From assembly GCA_053919585.1 (NCBI GenBank), contig CM132793.1: DNA of 64,000 nt, one strand, 5' to 3'. Positions within the stretch are counted from its first letter, which is position 1, and each line of letters begins with the position of its first letter. This stretch comes from Euprymna scolopes (Eukaryota). Positions 12,700 through 27,078 of this stretch are shown here, in pieces. The translations under genes were made by a program, and so were the position numbers. The notes under the pieces are model-generated. The model was not told where the DNA came from, did no database searches, and worked only from the letters and a program-made list of their open reading frames with translations.

Positions 12700-13735
12700 T
12701 GATGACAGGCCCAAAAGCTACAAATCACAGATTGTAAAAATACTTCTTTAAAAATGCCAGCCAGGAGAGATCTATTGGCAAAGAGTCTTCAAAATGTGTC
12801 CAAGCCATCAGGTAACCACCCAAACTAAAGATGATAACTGTCCAGCACCCTTAATCGAGGACATTAACTTTTCTGAAATTGAGACAAAGTATAAAAAAAA
12901 AAAGATCAGTTTGGCAGCTGGATAACTCCACTGCCATTTAAATCACCCAGGCACTGCCTCCCGTATAACAAAGTGCAGACAGTTAACAGGCTAACATCCC
13001 TTAGACGCACGCGTGAGAGAAAGCCCAAAATGCGAGAACACTTCTTCGCATTTATGGGGAAAATGCTGAAAAACGGACATGCCGAAGTAGCACCTCCTCT
13101 TAAAGTAGGGGAGGAATGATGGTATCTACCGACCTTCAGTGTCTATCATCTCAAGAAACCAGGGAAAATCTGAATAGTATTCGATTCCAGTGCTCAGTAC
13201 AATGGGGTATCACTGAACGACATACTAAGTGGTCCCAAACTCAACAACCCCCTTATTGGAGTTCTCATCAGATTTTGCAGAGTCAGTAGCAGTAACTGCT
13301 GATATAGAGCAAATGTTGCTTGCTTTCTCATCAAAACCAAACATCAGAATTTGCTGAGGTTTCTATGGTTTGAAAACAACGACCCTAACAAAAATATCAT
13401 CGAATATCAGATGAGAGTCTATGTTTTGGGGAATAGCCCTTCTCCTTCAGTAGCTATTTACTGTCTTTGATGAGCAATCGAAAGAGGACAACCAGGCTAT
13501 GAGTCTAAGGTCGAACAGTTCGTCAACCATAATGTCTATGTCGAGGACTGTTTGAAATCTTTACCCAGCACTGACGGTATTATGTCCCTAATTTAGAAAA
13601 CCCAGAATATGCTTGCCGGCTCTAACTTGAAGCTGTACGAGATTGTCGCAAATAAGAATGAAATAATTGCTGCTTTTCCTTTGAGACCTCTCCAGCAATT
13701 TTCAAGAATTCGATTTAAGCAGATGTTTCTCCCAC
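12700..13735 (+). mobile_element. BEL/Pao LTR retrotransposon RT remnant
   Basis: Manual translation gives [59 protein letters not shown] and GNSPSPSVA, with stops. Confidence 0.85.
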
Positions 13736-13751
13736 TTAACAAAATACACTC

Positions 13752-14360
13752 GGAAAGCCGTCAAGGCTGTATTCTCTCACCCACACTCTTAAACTATGCT
13801 ATCGACTGGATCACTTTCAACTCTCCAGACTATTTCCCCAGATGTCACGATGAACGATGATTTATGCATCTCTGATCTTGACTATGCTGATGATACAGCT
13901 ATCCCAGGCAAAAGCTTTGATAACAGCAGTCATCAATCAGATGCAGATTTTTGTTAAACATAGAAATGAAGATCAGCGCAACAAAGACAATTACTAGCGG
14001 CTGGATTCTATCCAAACAATTTTCGTCAACGGAGAAATCCTTGAAGTACAAAGTTTCAAATACCTGGACTATTATCACCACAACAGGCCAAACTGAAGAG
14101 GATATTGGCAACCGTACCAACAATGCTTGTGTTGCCTTCACACCAAACTCTGGCCCAGAAATAAAATCAGACTTTGTACAAAAATTCAAATACACCTCGT
14201 TCACATCATTCTCCTGTACGGATGCAAAACCTGGCCAGTATGAGTTTGTGACCTGTACAGACTTGAATGTCACATCCTTCGGGTTCGCTGACACTAATTC
14301 ATCCCAAACAACACCATCTGTTCACGCTGCCGGATACCATCCTTCAAACAGTGCATAGCT
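13752..14360 (+). mobile_element. RTE/L2-type LINE RT fragment
   Basis: RQGCILSPTLLNYAIDWI, DLDYADD, FKYL, ILLYGCKTW; frameshifted. Confidence 0.75.
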
Positions 14361-14381
14361 ACAGACCTGGGCAGCATATGC

Positions 14382-16860
14382 CAGGGGGCGGCATTTTGAG
14401 GGGGTAAAAATAAAATAAAAATAAAAACTAACAAAAAATCTGAAATTTTATACCAAAATGAATCTTTAAGATTGTAAAAAAAAAATAAATCAGAACTTTT
14501 GGAGGTATTGGAATCAGAAAAATGTGTCCCTATTTTCCAATTCCATCGATCACAATTTTTAACTTAAAAAATCTTAGGTCGTTCATTCAGTGTGTCTTTA
14601 AGGAAATATTTTGAAAAGTAATCAATTATCATTTTAATTAAAAAAATCTTTTTTTATATATTTTCCTCCACTGGCCAAATTATTGTCATATATATATATA
14701 TATATATATATGTCTTTAAAATCTTTAAAATTCATTTATGTAAATGTAAAGCCTTTAAAAAACGAAAATTGACGTCTAATCAATTTCACTCAGAAATCCG
14801 TTACAAGCATCCATGGAATTGGAAGATTATGACCGAAATCCGGTAAAAAAAAAAAAAAAAAAAAAAAAACAAAAAAAAAAAGGTTAATGATATAAACATT
14901 TTGGACCTTTTTTCAAAAGCTGAGGTATTGGATGTCAGTTTTCAGATATTTATAAGGATGAATTCCGTTTTTTTGTTTTTTTTATAAATAATTAAAATTT
15001 AGTATCTATTCTTTAATACAATAACAAATTAGATATTTTCATTTTAATTTTTTTCTTAATGCTTAAATATTGAGGGAGAATACTCAGTTTTTAAACAAAT
15101 TAAAAAATTTTTTTTTTCAAGTTTTATATCCAATGAAAATAAATATTTCAAGTTGAATATTCCTGTTTTATATCAAAGAATAATTTCTTAAGTTCTGTGA
15201 AATAAAAAATAATTGTTCTATACCAACCCCAGACTTTATATTTTATTCATGAGTCCTAAAGCATCCGTTGGTTTTGGATTTTTAATTTTTTCAGAATATT
15301 TGCGTGAATTTTCAAAGGTACTGTAATGAAGAGAATGAAGGAGAGCGATGCAGCATTCCATAAAATGTGAAAAACAAAGGAGGAAGCAAAAAAGAAATAA
15401 GGCACACTGTTGAAATTCATTGAAAAGACTTCTACAGCCAAAGTGGCAGAAACGAAAGGTGAAAATCATGCTGAGACTGAAGATAAAGTTAATATTGCTA
15501 ACATTGACACTATTACTATTACTTCGGAAGTCGACATTGACAGCGTTGATACAGCAAAAATTGTCGATGAAACGCATGAAGTTAAATTGGAAAGGCAATC
15601 ACTAGTTGGCACGAAAACACTGCAACCGATTTTATAGATGTTGATCTGTGGCCAGTTGAGATTAACCATTAAATTTGTGGTATGCTTGTCTGGCAGGGAT
15701 CTGCTGCTGTGCAGCACCTCAATCATGAATTCAATGAAGTAGTGCAACCAAGAACGAAAACAAAAGGTGACATTAGAAAGCTAACAAAAAACTGGCTCTA
15801 TTAGGACTTGCGGAACTGTGAGGAAAGTTTGCAAACATGGATGGTGTATTCTCCATCCAGAGAAAGGCCCCATTTTGCTTCTACTGCAGACTGTTTTCAA
15901 CTGGACTGTTTAGTTTTTCTACTGATGTGGGTTTTATGAATTGGTGGAAATTAAATCCAAAAGTATATGAACACGAAGCTAGCACATCTCATGCCCAGGT
16001 GTTCCTCAACTGGAAGGAGCTAGGGATTCGGTTTGCTGATGGAAAGGTCATTAATAAAGTAGAGCAAAATCTTATTGAGAAGTGTAGTTTGATGTAATTT
16101 GCATATCAATGAGGCTACACACAGGAATGAGGTGATATAAGGCTGGAAATCGAATTGGGAAAAACCAAACTGAACGGAACGGATTTTGCAATATTGTTCG
16201 AATGCTGACAAGAATCCAGACTTTTTTTTTTTAAATTATAAGGAAATTAAGTGGCCAGAAATCCCAACAAGATTACTGAACATCAGATTTAAACCATAGA
16301 AACAATAAGTGCACAGTTTAATATCAGTCTGGCAACTGTACACACAATTATTCGTAGGGAACTAAAAATGAGGAAGATTTGGTCAAAGTTCGGCCCAATG
16401 GGGTTAGAGAAAATTAGAAAGACATTGCGATAGGCATCAAAAAAGTTCCTCACTCCTATAGTCAAGACCTTGCTCCCTGTGAATTTTGGGTATACCCGAA
16501 GTTCAAAACCTGGCACTACGAGGTCACCGGGAAGACATCCATGATCATGAAAGAGATCAAGAAAACAAAAGGAATTTTTTAGAATTAGTAAATTTATTGC
16601 TAAGTATGACCTTGTGGTCCGTGAACATTTGGTGAAAGAAAATCACTACTTATCTGTCACCAGAAATTCAAAATGAATTTGTGAGGATTTTGGCAAAGCA
16701 GATGAAAAAGAAAATTATCAAATCAAGTTACCAGATCAAGGAAAGTGAGTATTTTTGCTTAATTTTTTTATAGCACTCCTGATGTATTTCACAAGGACCA
16801 GATGAGCGAGCTGTTGCACTACGTAAAAATTGATGAAAATGAAGTGAACCTGGAGGAGTT
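14382..16860 (+). mobile_element. hAT transposon remnant (ZMYM1/TTF-zinc-finger, DUF4371 type)
   Basis: WMVYS..FCFYCRLF..GFMNWWKLNPKVYEHEASTSH (15837-16097). Then NFLEL..., SPEIQNEFV and STPDVFHKDQMS (16570-16850). Confidence 0.75.
16140..16400 (+). mobile_element. Mariner transposase HTH fragment inside the hAT remnant
   Basis: LTIETISAQFNISLATVHTIIRRELKMRKIWSKF matches the mariner second HTH and linker. Confidence 0.6.
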
Positions 16861-16861
16861 A

Positions 16862-17960
16862 TTCTCCACTTCGAGACAAATCCTCACAGTTAGTAAAAGA
16901 AAAAATAGATATCATGTAACACTTTCTATGTGTATAGGATTACGGCTGTGATGAGAGTTTCAACATGCTTATTAAATGTAGGAAGCTATTCCAACAATAG
17001 TTGACATGTATGTTAAAATAGAGTATAAAAAGCTTATTTACATTAAAACTCAAAGGGAACTAAGAGTTTCTTATTACATTCACTTGAGGCAATCACTAAA
17101 TATTGATGGCAATACAGAAAATGTGGACACATTGTCCATGTTACCACCAACAATTTATGGGGGGGGGGCTTGATACATGTATAAACGGACACAAGATGCA
17201 ATGATATGTGAGAAAACATGGAACTGCAGATTTATTTATAGCTTTCACCTGCAATTCAAAATGGTTTGAGATTATGAAATAACTCCTTCCGAATCAACAC
17301 CCACATGATCTTATAGCAAGAGTTTTCCATCCTTATCGAACTACTTAACAAAAGGAGACATTTCTGGAGTAGCAGTAGCATACATGTACACGGCTGAGTG
17401 ACAGAAAAGAGGATTGTCATTTGCCCTTGGTCTGGTTCGGTTCAAGCAAAAGATCCTGTGACGGACTCGATTATCAGTGCAGAAATTCCGGATCCTGTGA
17501 CAGATCCAGCTTTACATATTACGCACTACAGGATTCATGGACCATATAAAAACTTAAACTCTGCACTATGTCTCAGAGAAGGACAATACTCTAAGAAGAT
17601 ATCCCAGATATTTTTTGAATGAAACTCAGTTGGATAAAAATGGTTATCTACTATATCTGCGTCTACACCATGTTAGAGGTTCACAGAACTTTAATGACCT
17701 AAAAAATATCAGTGGTCAAATTATGAAGGGGGCAAGAGTTCATACGAACTACTTGATAATGATAACCACTAGTATGCTACATTACAGAATCATCTACATC
17801 TGAATCAAATTGGAAACTTGTTTGCCATCATGTTGATTTAATATACAGTATTTTATCTAACACGACTTTGGCATGCAAAGAAGCATTTCGTGAAGATTTC
17901 CTTCTTGAGGAACGCAATCAACATCCTGAGATGGCTCTGGTTCATATTAAACATTTGACT
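16862..17960 (+). mobile_element. Helitron Rep/helicase remnant
   Basis: LFQQ.VDMYVKIE, YMYKRTQDAM, GTADLFIAFTCNSKWFEI, HDLIARVFH, EWQKRGL-like, DSIISAEIPDP, LRLHHVRGSQNFNDLK. Confidence 0.82.
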
Positions 17961-19787
17961 TATAAGATGAATGGTAAACACTGACAGGTTTAAAGAGGAA
18001 TATTTCCGTTTTAATCATAAACAAGAGAAAAGAAATGTAAAACTTAACTTTTCACAACTTAAAAAAAAATAAAATAAAATAACAGTAGATGCTTAATTCC
18101 GAACTAAAATTAATCTAAACACAGTCAATAAATATCTGAAACTCTTGATTGTGACAAGTTCGGTTGGGAATTAATTTTAGTCATTTATTTATCAAGAGCG
18201 TTTCTGTAACAACACTCTTTCATAAAGAAAGCTCTTCCTTGGCAAAATTATTTTAATCTGACTATGAGCAGGAGGAAGCCTCCTGAATTGCGGCTGACAC
18301 ACCTAGTCAAGTCGTTCAAGCCCACCAGAAGAGTCTCAGCAGCAATAGATCAAACAGCCTTTTTCAGCGCTAACTTCGGCAAACTACTATCACAAACTAC
18401 CTGTATACAAATAGAAAATGGCAGACTGCTAATTTTTTTTTTTTTTTTTTTTTTTTTTAAATAGTTCTAACAGATCTACCCAATTTTCAGTAATTTAAAA
18501 AAATTTTTTTACTAATTTTGACATGGCATGCAAGTACGTAATGTTTTTCCCCGAAAATGTCATACTACACAAGCACTGATTTTTTTTTTTTTATGACTCA
18601 AGACTTTCAAGTCTCAAAATAATTTCTCAATGTATTCACACATTTCTTTAAACAGTTCTGTAGTGGTTCAAATGTGTGTTTAATGAAACACAGCTCTAAA
18701 TAAGCGGGAACTTTATTCACATAAATATCTTGTTGGAGGTGTTTTGCAAAAAGAGAGTCACTGTTTAGGATGCTCATTATAAATCTGAACATTTTTCTTT
18801 CATTTAAGAAATTTTGGCAGCAAAATAGCAGCTTCTATGTACTTATTGGTACGTTTGAGAGTTCGAGACCATAGACAACTGGAAGGCATGAATATTAAGT
18901 GACCTACATCATGATAATTTGCACCGAATTAAAAATATTTAGAAATTTTAACTGTAGCTCAGTGCTCTTTGAATACTTTGAAAACCAAGATGTGAACTGG
19001 AGACTGTATGGAGATGTGAAATTAGTTGCTAGCAAGAACAGGAACATAGCAGGCATTCTGTGTTTGCACAACAAAATTCATTAAATTACAGAAAAAGATT
19101 CAGGTAAGGCAATGTAAACCTTGGCAAGAAAGAGATGAGTATCAGAGTGGCAACTAAGTGATGCCTTAAGATCTTTGCTACTCTTCATGCAAGAGTCACA
19201 AGGGCCAAATATAACTGCCAAGATGGCTATATAAAGTTGCTGCCCACTATTGTCATAAATAGACACCACAAACTAGCACATCTGCAAATATTAAAAAATT
19301 TTGATCTGTCCTTATAAATGCATCTGACTTAATGTGGTAAAATGCTTAGCCACCACTAAAAAAAAGTTAAAAATTGGTACCAACCTCTACTCTTGTGCAG
19401 CATGTAGGGTCTGATCACCAGCAAAAAAATGGCTGCTGTATCTAATTATATGCTGGTGAGTCTTATGATTACCTTGTATGCAAAGGAGATGCTACCGGCT
19501 TGAATAAAAAGCCTATTTTTCAGAGACTGGGGCAAATGTGGAGTCGAGAGTTTGGGCAGTAACAGAATATTACCTGTCTCATGATGACTTTTACCCCAAA
19601 AAATTGTTAGATGAAAGTACAGAATAGTTAATTTATCATTTAACCATGTTAATAGACAAACATTTGACAAGATATTTTCATATTAAAAATAACCGATTCA
19701 AATTGCAAAAATATTAATTTTTAACCTACAAAACCAAATATTTTAAAACATATCAGATTTATCCAATTATCCGATTAATAATATGTA

Positions 19788-21031
19788 CAGGGTGTTCAAA
19801 ATTTACCGTTACAAGATTCTTTTATTTTCTATATTTAACAAAGTATCTATATTTTTTTTAATGTTTTTCAGGTGTATAAATCTAAGCTATAACTGAAACT
19901 TTAGTTTTGATCAGAATGCCACAGGATTTACAAAAAAGAACCGCCATTGTAGAGCTATTCAAATCTGGGAAGACAGCACCTGACATAGCGAAGACCTTAT
20001 ATATCAACAGAATGTTGATCTGGCGGACACTTAAACGGTTCAAATCAACTGGTGACATTGTTAATCAACCTGGTCAAGGTCGACCTTGTTCTGCCAGGAC
20101 CCCAAAACTGGTAAAATCCACGAGAAGCTTAGGAGGAACCCAAGAAGATCCCTCAAAAATCTCGCTAAAGAGGGTAAAGTGTCAATCGGAACGATGTCAA
20201 CGATTCTCCACACTGATCTCCAAACATCTGCGTACAAACATAAGCAATTGTTATCTGCAAGTTCTATCGAGAAACGTGCGCAAAGAGCTGAGTTCATCTT
20301 ATCTCGCATCATTGCCGGCATGCTTCCTAACTTGGTTTTTAGTGACGAAAAGAAATTTGACATCCAACAGCACGTTAACATCCAAAATGATCGGATTTGG
20401 TCGCGTAAAAATGAAGTCGAGTCTCGGGTGGTTACTTGGAGGCAAGGTGCCGCCTCAGTGATGGTCTGGGCAGCGGTAACAGAGACGAGAAGAAGTCCCC
20501 TCGTTTTTGTGGATGATGGCATCAAATTGAACCAGGAAAATTATCACATCCATTCCTGAGTCTGCATTATTGCCCTGGCCGCAAAAGCATTTAAAAAACA
20601 GGCGTTGATTATTCCAGCAAAACTCTGCACCTGCTCATGGAGCGAAAAAGACACAAGAATGGCTGACAGAGAATGTGCCTGCTTTCATCTCGAAGGAAGA
20701 ATGGCCTCCATCATCTCCAGACCTGAACCCACTGGACTTTGCAATCTGGTCAATCTTGGAGAGCAAAGTCTCAGCTACACACCACACCAGCTTGGATGCT
20801 CTGAAAAAGAAACTGACCAAGGAATGGGAGAAAATATCCAAATGAGTCATTCGTGACTCCTGCAGAGCATTCTCCAAACGTTTGCAGCAAGTTGTGGATG
20901 CTAATGGAGGTTATATTGAGTAAAAAGTTTATATTTTCATGACCATATTATTTTATACATTCCAATTAATGTAATTATAATTTTTTTGTTTATTTATTAA
21001 ATACAAGTAACGGTTATTATTAAACACCCTG
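19788..21031 (+). mobile_element. maT (DD37D) Tc1/mariner transposon, full length, inactive
   Basis: ~25-bp imperfect TIRs CAGGGTGTT..ACCGTTAC with TA on the left. Frameshifted transposase with VFSDEKKF, FQQNSAPAH (D mutated to N) and WPPSSPDLNPLD; spacing of 37 counted. Confidence 0.9.
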
Positions 21032-21076
21032 CATAATATATATATATATATATATGAAAAATAAAGATCTATTTCT

Positions 21077-21122
<46 letters not shown>

Positions 21123-21124
21123 AA

Positions 21125-22570
21125 ACATTTCTCTTCACAAATGTTTTTCATTTTCAAATGAAATGAAAAAAAAAAATAGTTGTATGATTTAACCCATAGA
21201 TGTGCAGAATAAGAGGATTTTTGTACATATGATATCCAGATAATGTAGGCTAAACTTGCTAGTAATATAATTTAAAAACATAAAAACAAGCCATATTTCA
21301 AAATGGGTCGGATTCACAAGCAATAGAAGACTAACAACATTGAAAATTTTAAACGTAAAAAAAAATAAAAACCTCAGTTGAAATGTTATCCATTATATTT
21401 GTTGTTGTTTTTTTTTTTTTTATTTAAAATGGTCACTTTTCAGTTCTACCAAAAAAAGTGGAAAAACAAAATTTAAAACAAAATTTAAAACAAAAACTTA
21501 CCTTCATTAGTAAAAGGCATTTCACAGATTTCACAAGTGTAACTGGTCAAATTGTGTTTGGAGATCTGTCTGTTTACAACAGATTTAAGAGATTGTGTAT
21601 GGACAATAAGGACAGTGATGCCAAACTGGATGGTTTGATGGCATCATGTCCATCTTAGAATGTTTTAATTGAAGATGTTTAAGTAAATTCTTTTTCCAAA
21701 AATGGCATTTGGCACTGGTTACATCCAAAACGGCTGATATGCTTCAAAAGGTGTCGGTCAAACATAAGTTTATGGTCAGTTTGTAGTCGCATAAAGAACA
21801 AGTCTGAACTGGTACATTTGTGTTTTGTTAATATTTCGGATTGTGATTAACAAGGAAATCATCTTGGAAAGACGTAGAAAAAAAAAAAAAGAACTAAAAT
21901 TTGGCAAAGGCAGTTTATCTTTGCGTTGTAAAACAATTTTGGGATTGCTTTTTTTTCCATTTGAAATCAAAATAGATTTTTCTTTTGACGAATATTTTAA
22001 ATTAATTCTCAGGTTTTGCCTTTGGAAGGCGCCATCGAAAAAGAATTTGAATGGCAATGACTCGTGAGCATCACGGATTGCTTTGTAATGGAATATTTTT
22101 GAACACCACAAACATGGATAGTTGCCCCGTAGTTTTGAAGAGATCCTTTTTCAGGTTTGAAGAAACAGTTTTAGTCCCCACAAATGAATGCTGGTCCATA
22201 TTTTTCATATGAGAAATTATATTTTCTACTAACCGAGACTTTTGAAATTGTTGCCTTCTTGCAATGGAGTTTCTTAATCATGACAAACATCAAATTAGTT
22301 CTTCTAGTGTTGGTAGGATTCTGCAATGGATCTGCAGGATTTTTAAAAGATAATTGTAAGATTTATGATAATTCAATCTTTGCATCACAAATAAGGGAGG
22401 AAGCACTTCAAATAGGAGAGAAATCAATCCACGTACAAAAGAAATCGTTTGCCTTTTGACAAATCTTGAGTCTTTACATTGGAAATCAAAACAGAAATCG
22501 TTTTTCAGTTTTCTTGTTATTAGATTCACAACCATCTATCCATGAAAAGGGCGTTCTGCATCCAATTCTA
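21125..22570 (-). pseudogene. C2H2 zinc-finger pseudo-exon paralogous to exon 1 of the 53969-57872 gene
   Basis: Minus translation across frameshifts gives CLWCSKIFHYKAIRDAHE, CSLCDYK.DHKLMFDRHLLKH, CNQCQMPFLEK..LLKHLQLKH, CPYCPY..LKSVVNRQISKH and CEICEMPFTNE, then a GTAAGT donor at 21501. Intron 21125-21500 resembles 57225-57583. Confidence 0.78.
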
Positions 22571-24071
22571 GAAAGATAAAAGAATGCAGGTAAGAACAAA
22601 AATATTACACTTGTTCAATAGAAATTTATTACTTAATTAGCAAAAATACATGATGTTGATCGAATGAGGAAACTTGCATCCTCTTACACTTAATAGTACC
22701 CATTTTATTATAATTTTCAATTTTGAGAGGCGGGCTAAATAATGCACTAAACAGATTAGAGTTAGGGAAGGAGGATGTTCGGGTTAGAGTGGGAGAAGGT
22801 GTAAATCTAGAAAATAAATTTTGAAATATTTATAGTTTAATTTACTTAGGAAAGAAACAGAAATTCTATTTCTTTTTTGTAGTAATTTGAAATAATTAGA
22901 AATGGAAATCTTTTAGTTATACCACTAACATCATTTTTCTTTTGATTTTTTAGATAGGTGTTCATACACCTATCATGTTTGCTTTAACATCAGTTTTACA
23001 TTCGGGCTATTATTCCAACCTTCCAGGCAAACCTTTAAAATCGTCTTTATATCATTACGAAAGTTTGCTCCAATTGACATTAGTATCTATTAATGGATGG
23101 CATTATAATTTGAGCTTGAGCCATTTTCAAACTTTCAGGAATTGGCAATCGTAAAGTTTAAAAGTGTCAGGAATGCTAGGAATTGGCAGTCGTGATGACT
23201 AGGAACGGAAAAAAAAATAAAAATAAAAAAATCAATTCCGATGAGTCAACATATACAAACAAAACTAAACTAACTTTGAAAATCAAAACATTTTAGGGTT
23301 GGGTTAAAAAAAAATTTAAAAAAAAAATTAGAGAAATTTTGGCACCTAGGCATTTTAAACATTGCTAACTTATTCCTTGTGCAGAACTCTAAAATGTAAA
23401 CAATTTACTTGGGAATGTAAAAATGCCCAAAATATTGACCTGCCACTACCTCTTCCCAAAAAAAGGAAAGAGGATTTAGCAGAGAAGCCAACAAATGCAA
23501 AAAAAATAAAAAAATTTTTAAAAATCAAATATACAATAAATAGATGTTACTGTAGCCAATAAACTACTTTTATACCTACCTGGCTTTTTTTGTGTACTTT
23601 TATTACATAGTCTTAAATGCTCTATATTGATCTCAAATATTCAGTTTTTATGAGTGGATCTGAAACAAGATGGCGGTGATGACATCTTGTTGGGAATGAA
23701 ACCTCGTTTTTAAATTTGCAGTTTCCATGATCCTTAAATCTTGTTTTGTTTTGCGCACATTTCAGGAACTTGTGCATTTTTTTAGAGGGGAAATATTCAA
23801 TTTCGGCACTTGTGCAGTTTAACATTCCAAACAAATTCTGTGTTTACATTTTAAGAGTTCTGTCAGCATAAGGAAAGACAATACTTATACACTTATTGAC
23901 TGTGCTAAAATAATGTTATTTAGAAAAGTATTCTTAGCATGGAGAGAGGAGGGTGTAACTATTTTGTATTTTCACTAAAAAAAAAGTAAAACTTGAAAAT
24001 ACTATTAAAAATAGCATGGTACAATAAGTGCAAAAGCAATGGAAAGACTTATGAATGTTTATAAACATTAT

Positions 24072-24154
24072 GGTACTTGTACAGTTTAATAACATTAAAA
24101 AATGAAAATATCAAAAAAAGTTATATTGTATGTATCTGTTTTGGACCGAATATC

Positions 24155-24191
<37 letters not shown>

Positions 24192-24541
24192 CACTTAATT
24201 TGATCTAGTTTTTTTTTTTGTTTTTTTTTTTTCAGCGGAAAAACTTTATGACAGCACGTTGAAGGTAGCCACATTTGAATTTTTAGAACACGCACGGGGA
24301 GATAATTTAAAATGCCAACAACCTCTCCATCTTAAATACTAGCTTTTTGTCTTAAAAATCGAAACATGACTACCTTTTGCTCGGTATCATAAATTGTTGG
24401 GGGGGGGGTCTGTTAAAACTACTTGATTACATTAAGTGAATCCCCCCCTTCCCTGAGAAATTCATTCCATAAGATACATACAAATTTTTTTTTTCTCAAT
24501 ATTTTCATTTTTTAATGTCTTGATTAAACCGTAAAAGTACT
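24072..24541. mobile_element. Merlin-type MITE, copy 1
   Basis: Long imperfect TIRs starting GGTACTTGTACAGTTTAA. TSD AACATTAT at 24064-24071 and 24542-24549. Confidence 0.78.
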
Positions 24542-24959
24542 AACATTATATTTTAATTCTTTTCATTTTTGGAGGTCGGGGGAATATTTAAATTTTGGCA
24601 CGTGCAGTTTAACATTTCCAAACAACTTCTGTGTCTACATTTTAAGAGAGTTCTGTCAGAAAAGACAGAAGAATGTTAAACTGCACAAATGCGACAATTT
24701 CTAAAACAGTTTTTTCAAACTTAATTTAGCCCTTATTTTTTTTTAATTTTTGGGTGGAGAATATTCCATTATAGCACTTTTTAACATAAAACAAATTCTT
24801 CTTTTTTTTTTTTTTGCACACTTTTTCAGAAGCTTGTTTGTAAACATCTTTTATACAATATGAACCAAACTTATTTTACTGGCATGAAACAAAATAAAAT
24901 AAGCAAAAACACCTTTAAAATTTTCTAATTTTAATTTGAAAGGATATAAAACAGAAACC

Positions 24960-25480
24960 TGTTCCCAAAATTATATAATCTTGAATTCACAAAAGCATTA
25001 CGACCATATTACGTCTACAAAATTATCTCTATGCAAGAATTTTTTTTTATAGTTAGCATTTGACCACATGGATTCAGTAGAATTGGTGCAAGTACTCGTC
25101 TATGGATCAAAATTTTGTGATAGACCTGGACATGGTTTTGACTGACTTTTTTTTAAAGACGCGTATAACCATGATAACTATCACTGTATATGATGCTTCC
25201 TAAACTTTTCCATTCTTCGATAAGGCCAAGAAGTGTTTCTGAAAGTTGGTCTTTTACTGGTACTATAAACTCGAGTTCTGTAGTCTGGTCATAGCCACTA
25301 AAAACCCACTCCTGTTTTATAAGGCAACCTTTGTTGTATTTTCGCCAGGTAAACAGACTAGTCTGCTTCAACGATGTGTCCAGAGTTTCCAATTTTGCAG
25401 GAATGTATTTTGAAATAGCCGACACACACATCTCTGCAAAATTAGAACCAATCTGTTACTGTGTGTATTAAGACCAACCT
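24960..25480 (-). mobile_element. Merlin transposase catalytic-domain remnant
   Basis: SLFTWRKYNKG..WVFSGYD..IIYSDSYHGY, followed by CTNSTESMWS. Confidence 0.8.
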
Positions 25481-26434
25481 CCGGCTTAGTTAGCAGACAC
25501 CCATACCCCTATTAATGCCTAATATACAGAAATCAATATTTCATTTTCTTCTAAATATGCAAAAAAATAAAAATAATCAAGTATAACTTATTTTTGTGAA
25601 ATAAGTTTTAAAAATGAAAATTTGATAAAACCCTTTTCATTAAAAACACTAAAACTTATCCAATTAGGTAGAAAAGCCTTTGATAACATTTATTTGTTAT
25701 ATATTTGTTTTTTTGACAACTTTTTTGAATCTATGTGTATAGTAAAACAAACTCCTTATTTTTAACTAAAACATGCACCCTAGTGTAGTCGTGATTTAAT
25801 AGTGGAACATTTAGGCCAATACGAAATTTTCACCTTACATCGGCTTTTACTCTCACTGGGACTGTTCTTTTTTAGTTACACCAATAAATGCTACTAACGG
25901 CATTACCTTACAATTTAACAGTACACCGACCACTCTAATTTGGTTTTTCTATGGGTATTCAAGGTCGCTGACAATGAATCTGATAATCAGTCCAATGTTG
26001 CTTTAATTACAAAATTGTTTTATTAAAAAAATATTTTCTTCTGCAGACTTTCCAATAAATGTCTTTACAATTATATTTTGATACAATAAATGTTTTGGTT
26101 TTCAAATGGCGCTTGCCCGAATACTGCAGAAGTGTCAAAATATGTATTTTTTTTCCTGTTACCGAAATTTATTTCTAGTTAAAAAAAAAAAAAACACATA
26201 TAGTTAAACAATTATGAATGTCCTTTTCATTTTCTGTTTTTAGTTAAAAGAAAAAATGGGTACTCATGCAGAGAGTGATCCAGACATAATTCAGAGTCCG
26301 CCCGGCTTTCTCCGGAACATGACGTCAACAGCTGGAGTAAGCCAAGCATTGCTGATGAAAGCATAAAAGAAAACCTACCTTAAATTTTAAGTTTTATTAA
26401 CTGTAAAAGAAAAATGTTATATTTTTTGTTTATG

Positions 26435-26462
<28 letters not shown>

Positions 26463-26466
<4 letters not shown>

Positions 26467-26630
26467 AAAACTTTAGGTGTCAGGAAAATGATAAAATCAT
26501 TTTTATGTCCTTTTGTTGGTTTTGTAAGTCCAATAACTACCCTGATGAAGCTATTTTAACAAAATATTAGACTTACAACACCAAAAGGACATAAAAATGA
26601 TTTTTTCCCCGAAACCTAAAGTTTTCAAAA
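26463..26630. repeat. ~165-bp imperfect palindrome with CTGATGA in the loop
   Basis: TTGAAAACTTTAGG...ATGTCCTTTTG pairs with CAAAAGGACAT...CCTAAAGTTTTCAA. Confidence 0.7.
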
Positions 26631-26841
26631 TATTCAAATTTCTATTCAAAATAAGTGTCTTCAAATAGTGTGCAACTATTTTCTTATTTCATATATATTT
26701 TTTTTTAAATAAATAATATTAAAATTTTTTGTTTGAGAAAAGGGTCAAAGGTAAGTCAAATAAATACTTTCAAAGAATCTTTTTTTTTTTTTCAAGGAAA
26801 AACCTGAAAACTAGAAAATTTGAAACAAAACTGGGTGGGAT

Positions 26842-26872
<31 letters not shown>

Positions 26873-27039
26873 CCATATTAAAACAGTAGGTATGGGCAAA
26901 AATAAACAAATAAGGGTAGGGGGACCTAGTTTTGAAAGCCGATTTATCATAATTTTTTTGTAGGTTTCCAAATACTTTTTGATTGTATTTGAAAGATTAA
27001 GGACTAAACTTAATTTCCCAAAGAAACAAATATTTGTAC

Positions 27040-27078
<39 letters not shown>

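Noticed and set aside
18260-19680. Exon-like minus-strand segments as the missing 3' exons of the 21.5-kb ZnF pseudogene
   Set aside because: No homology to the acidic exon, many stops and no convincing acceptor in the required phase.
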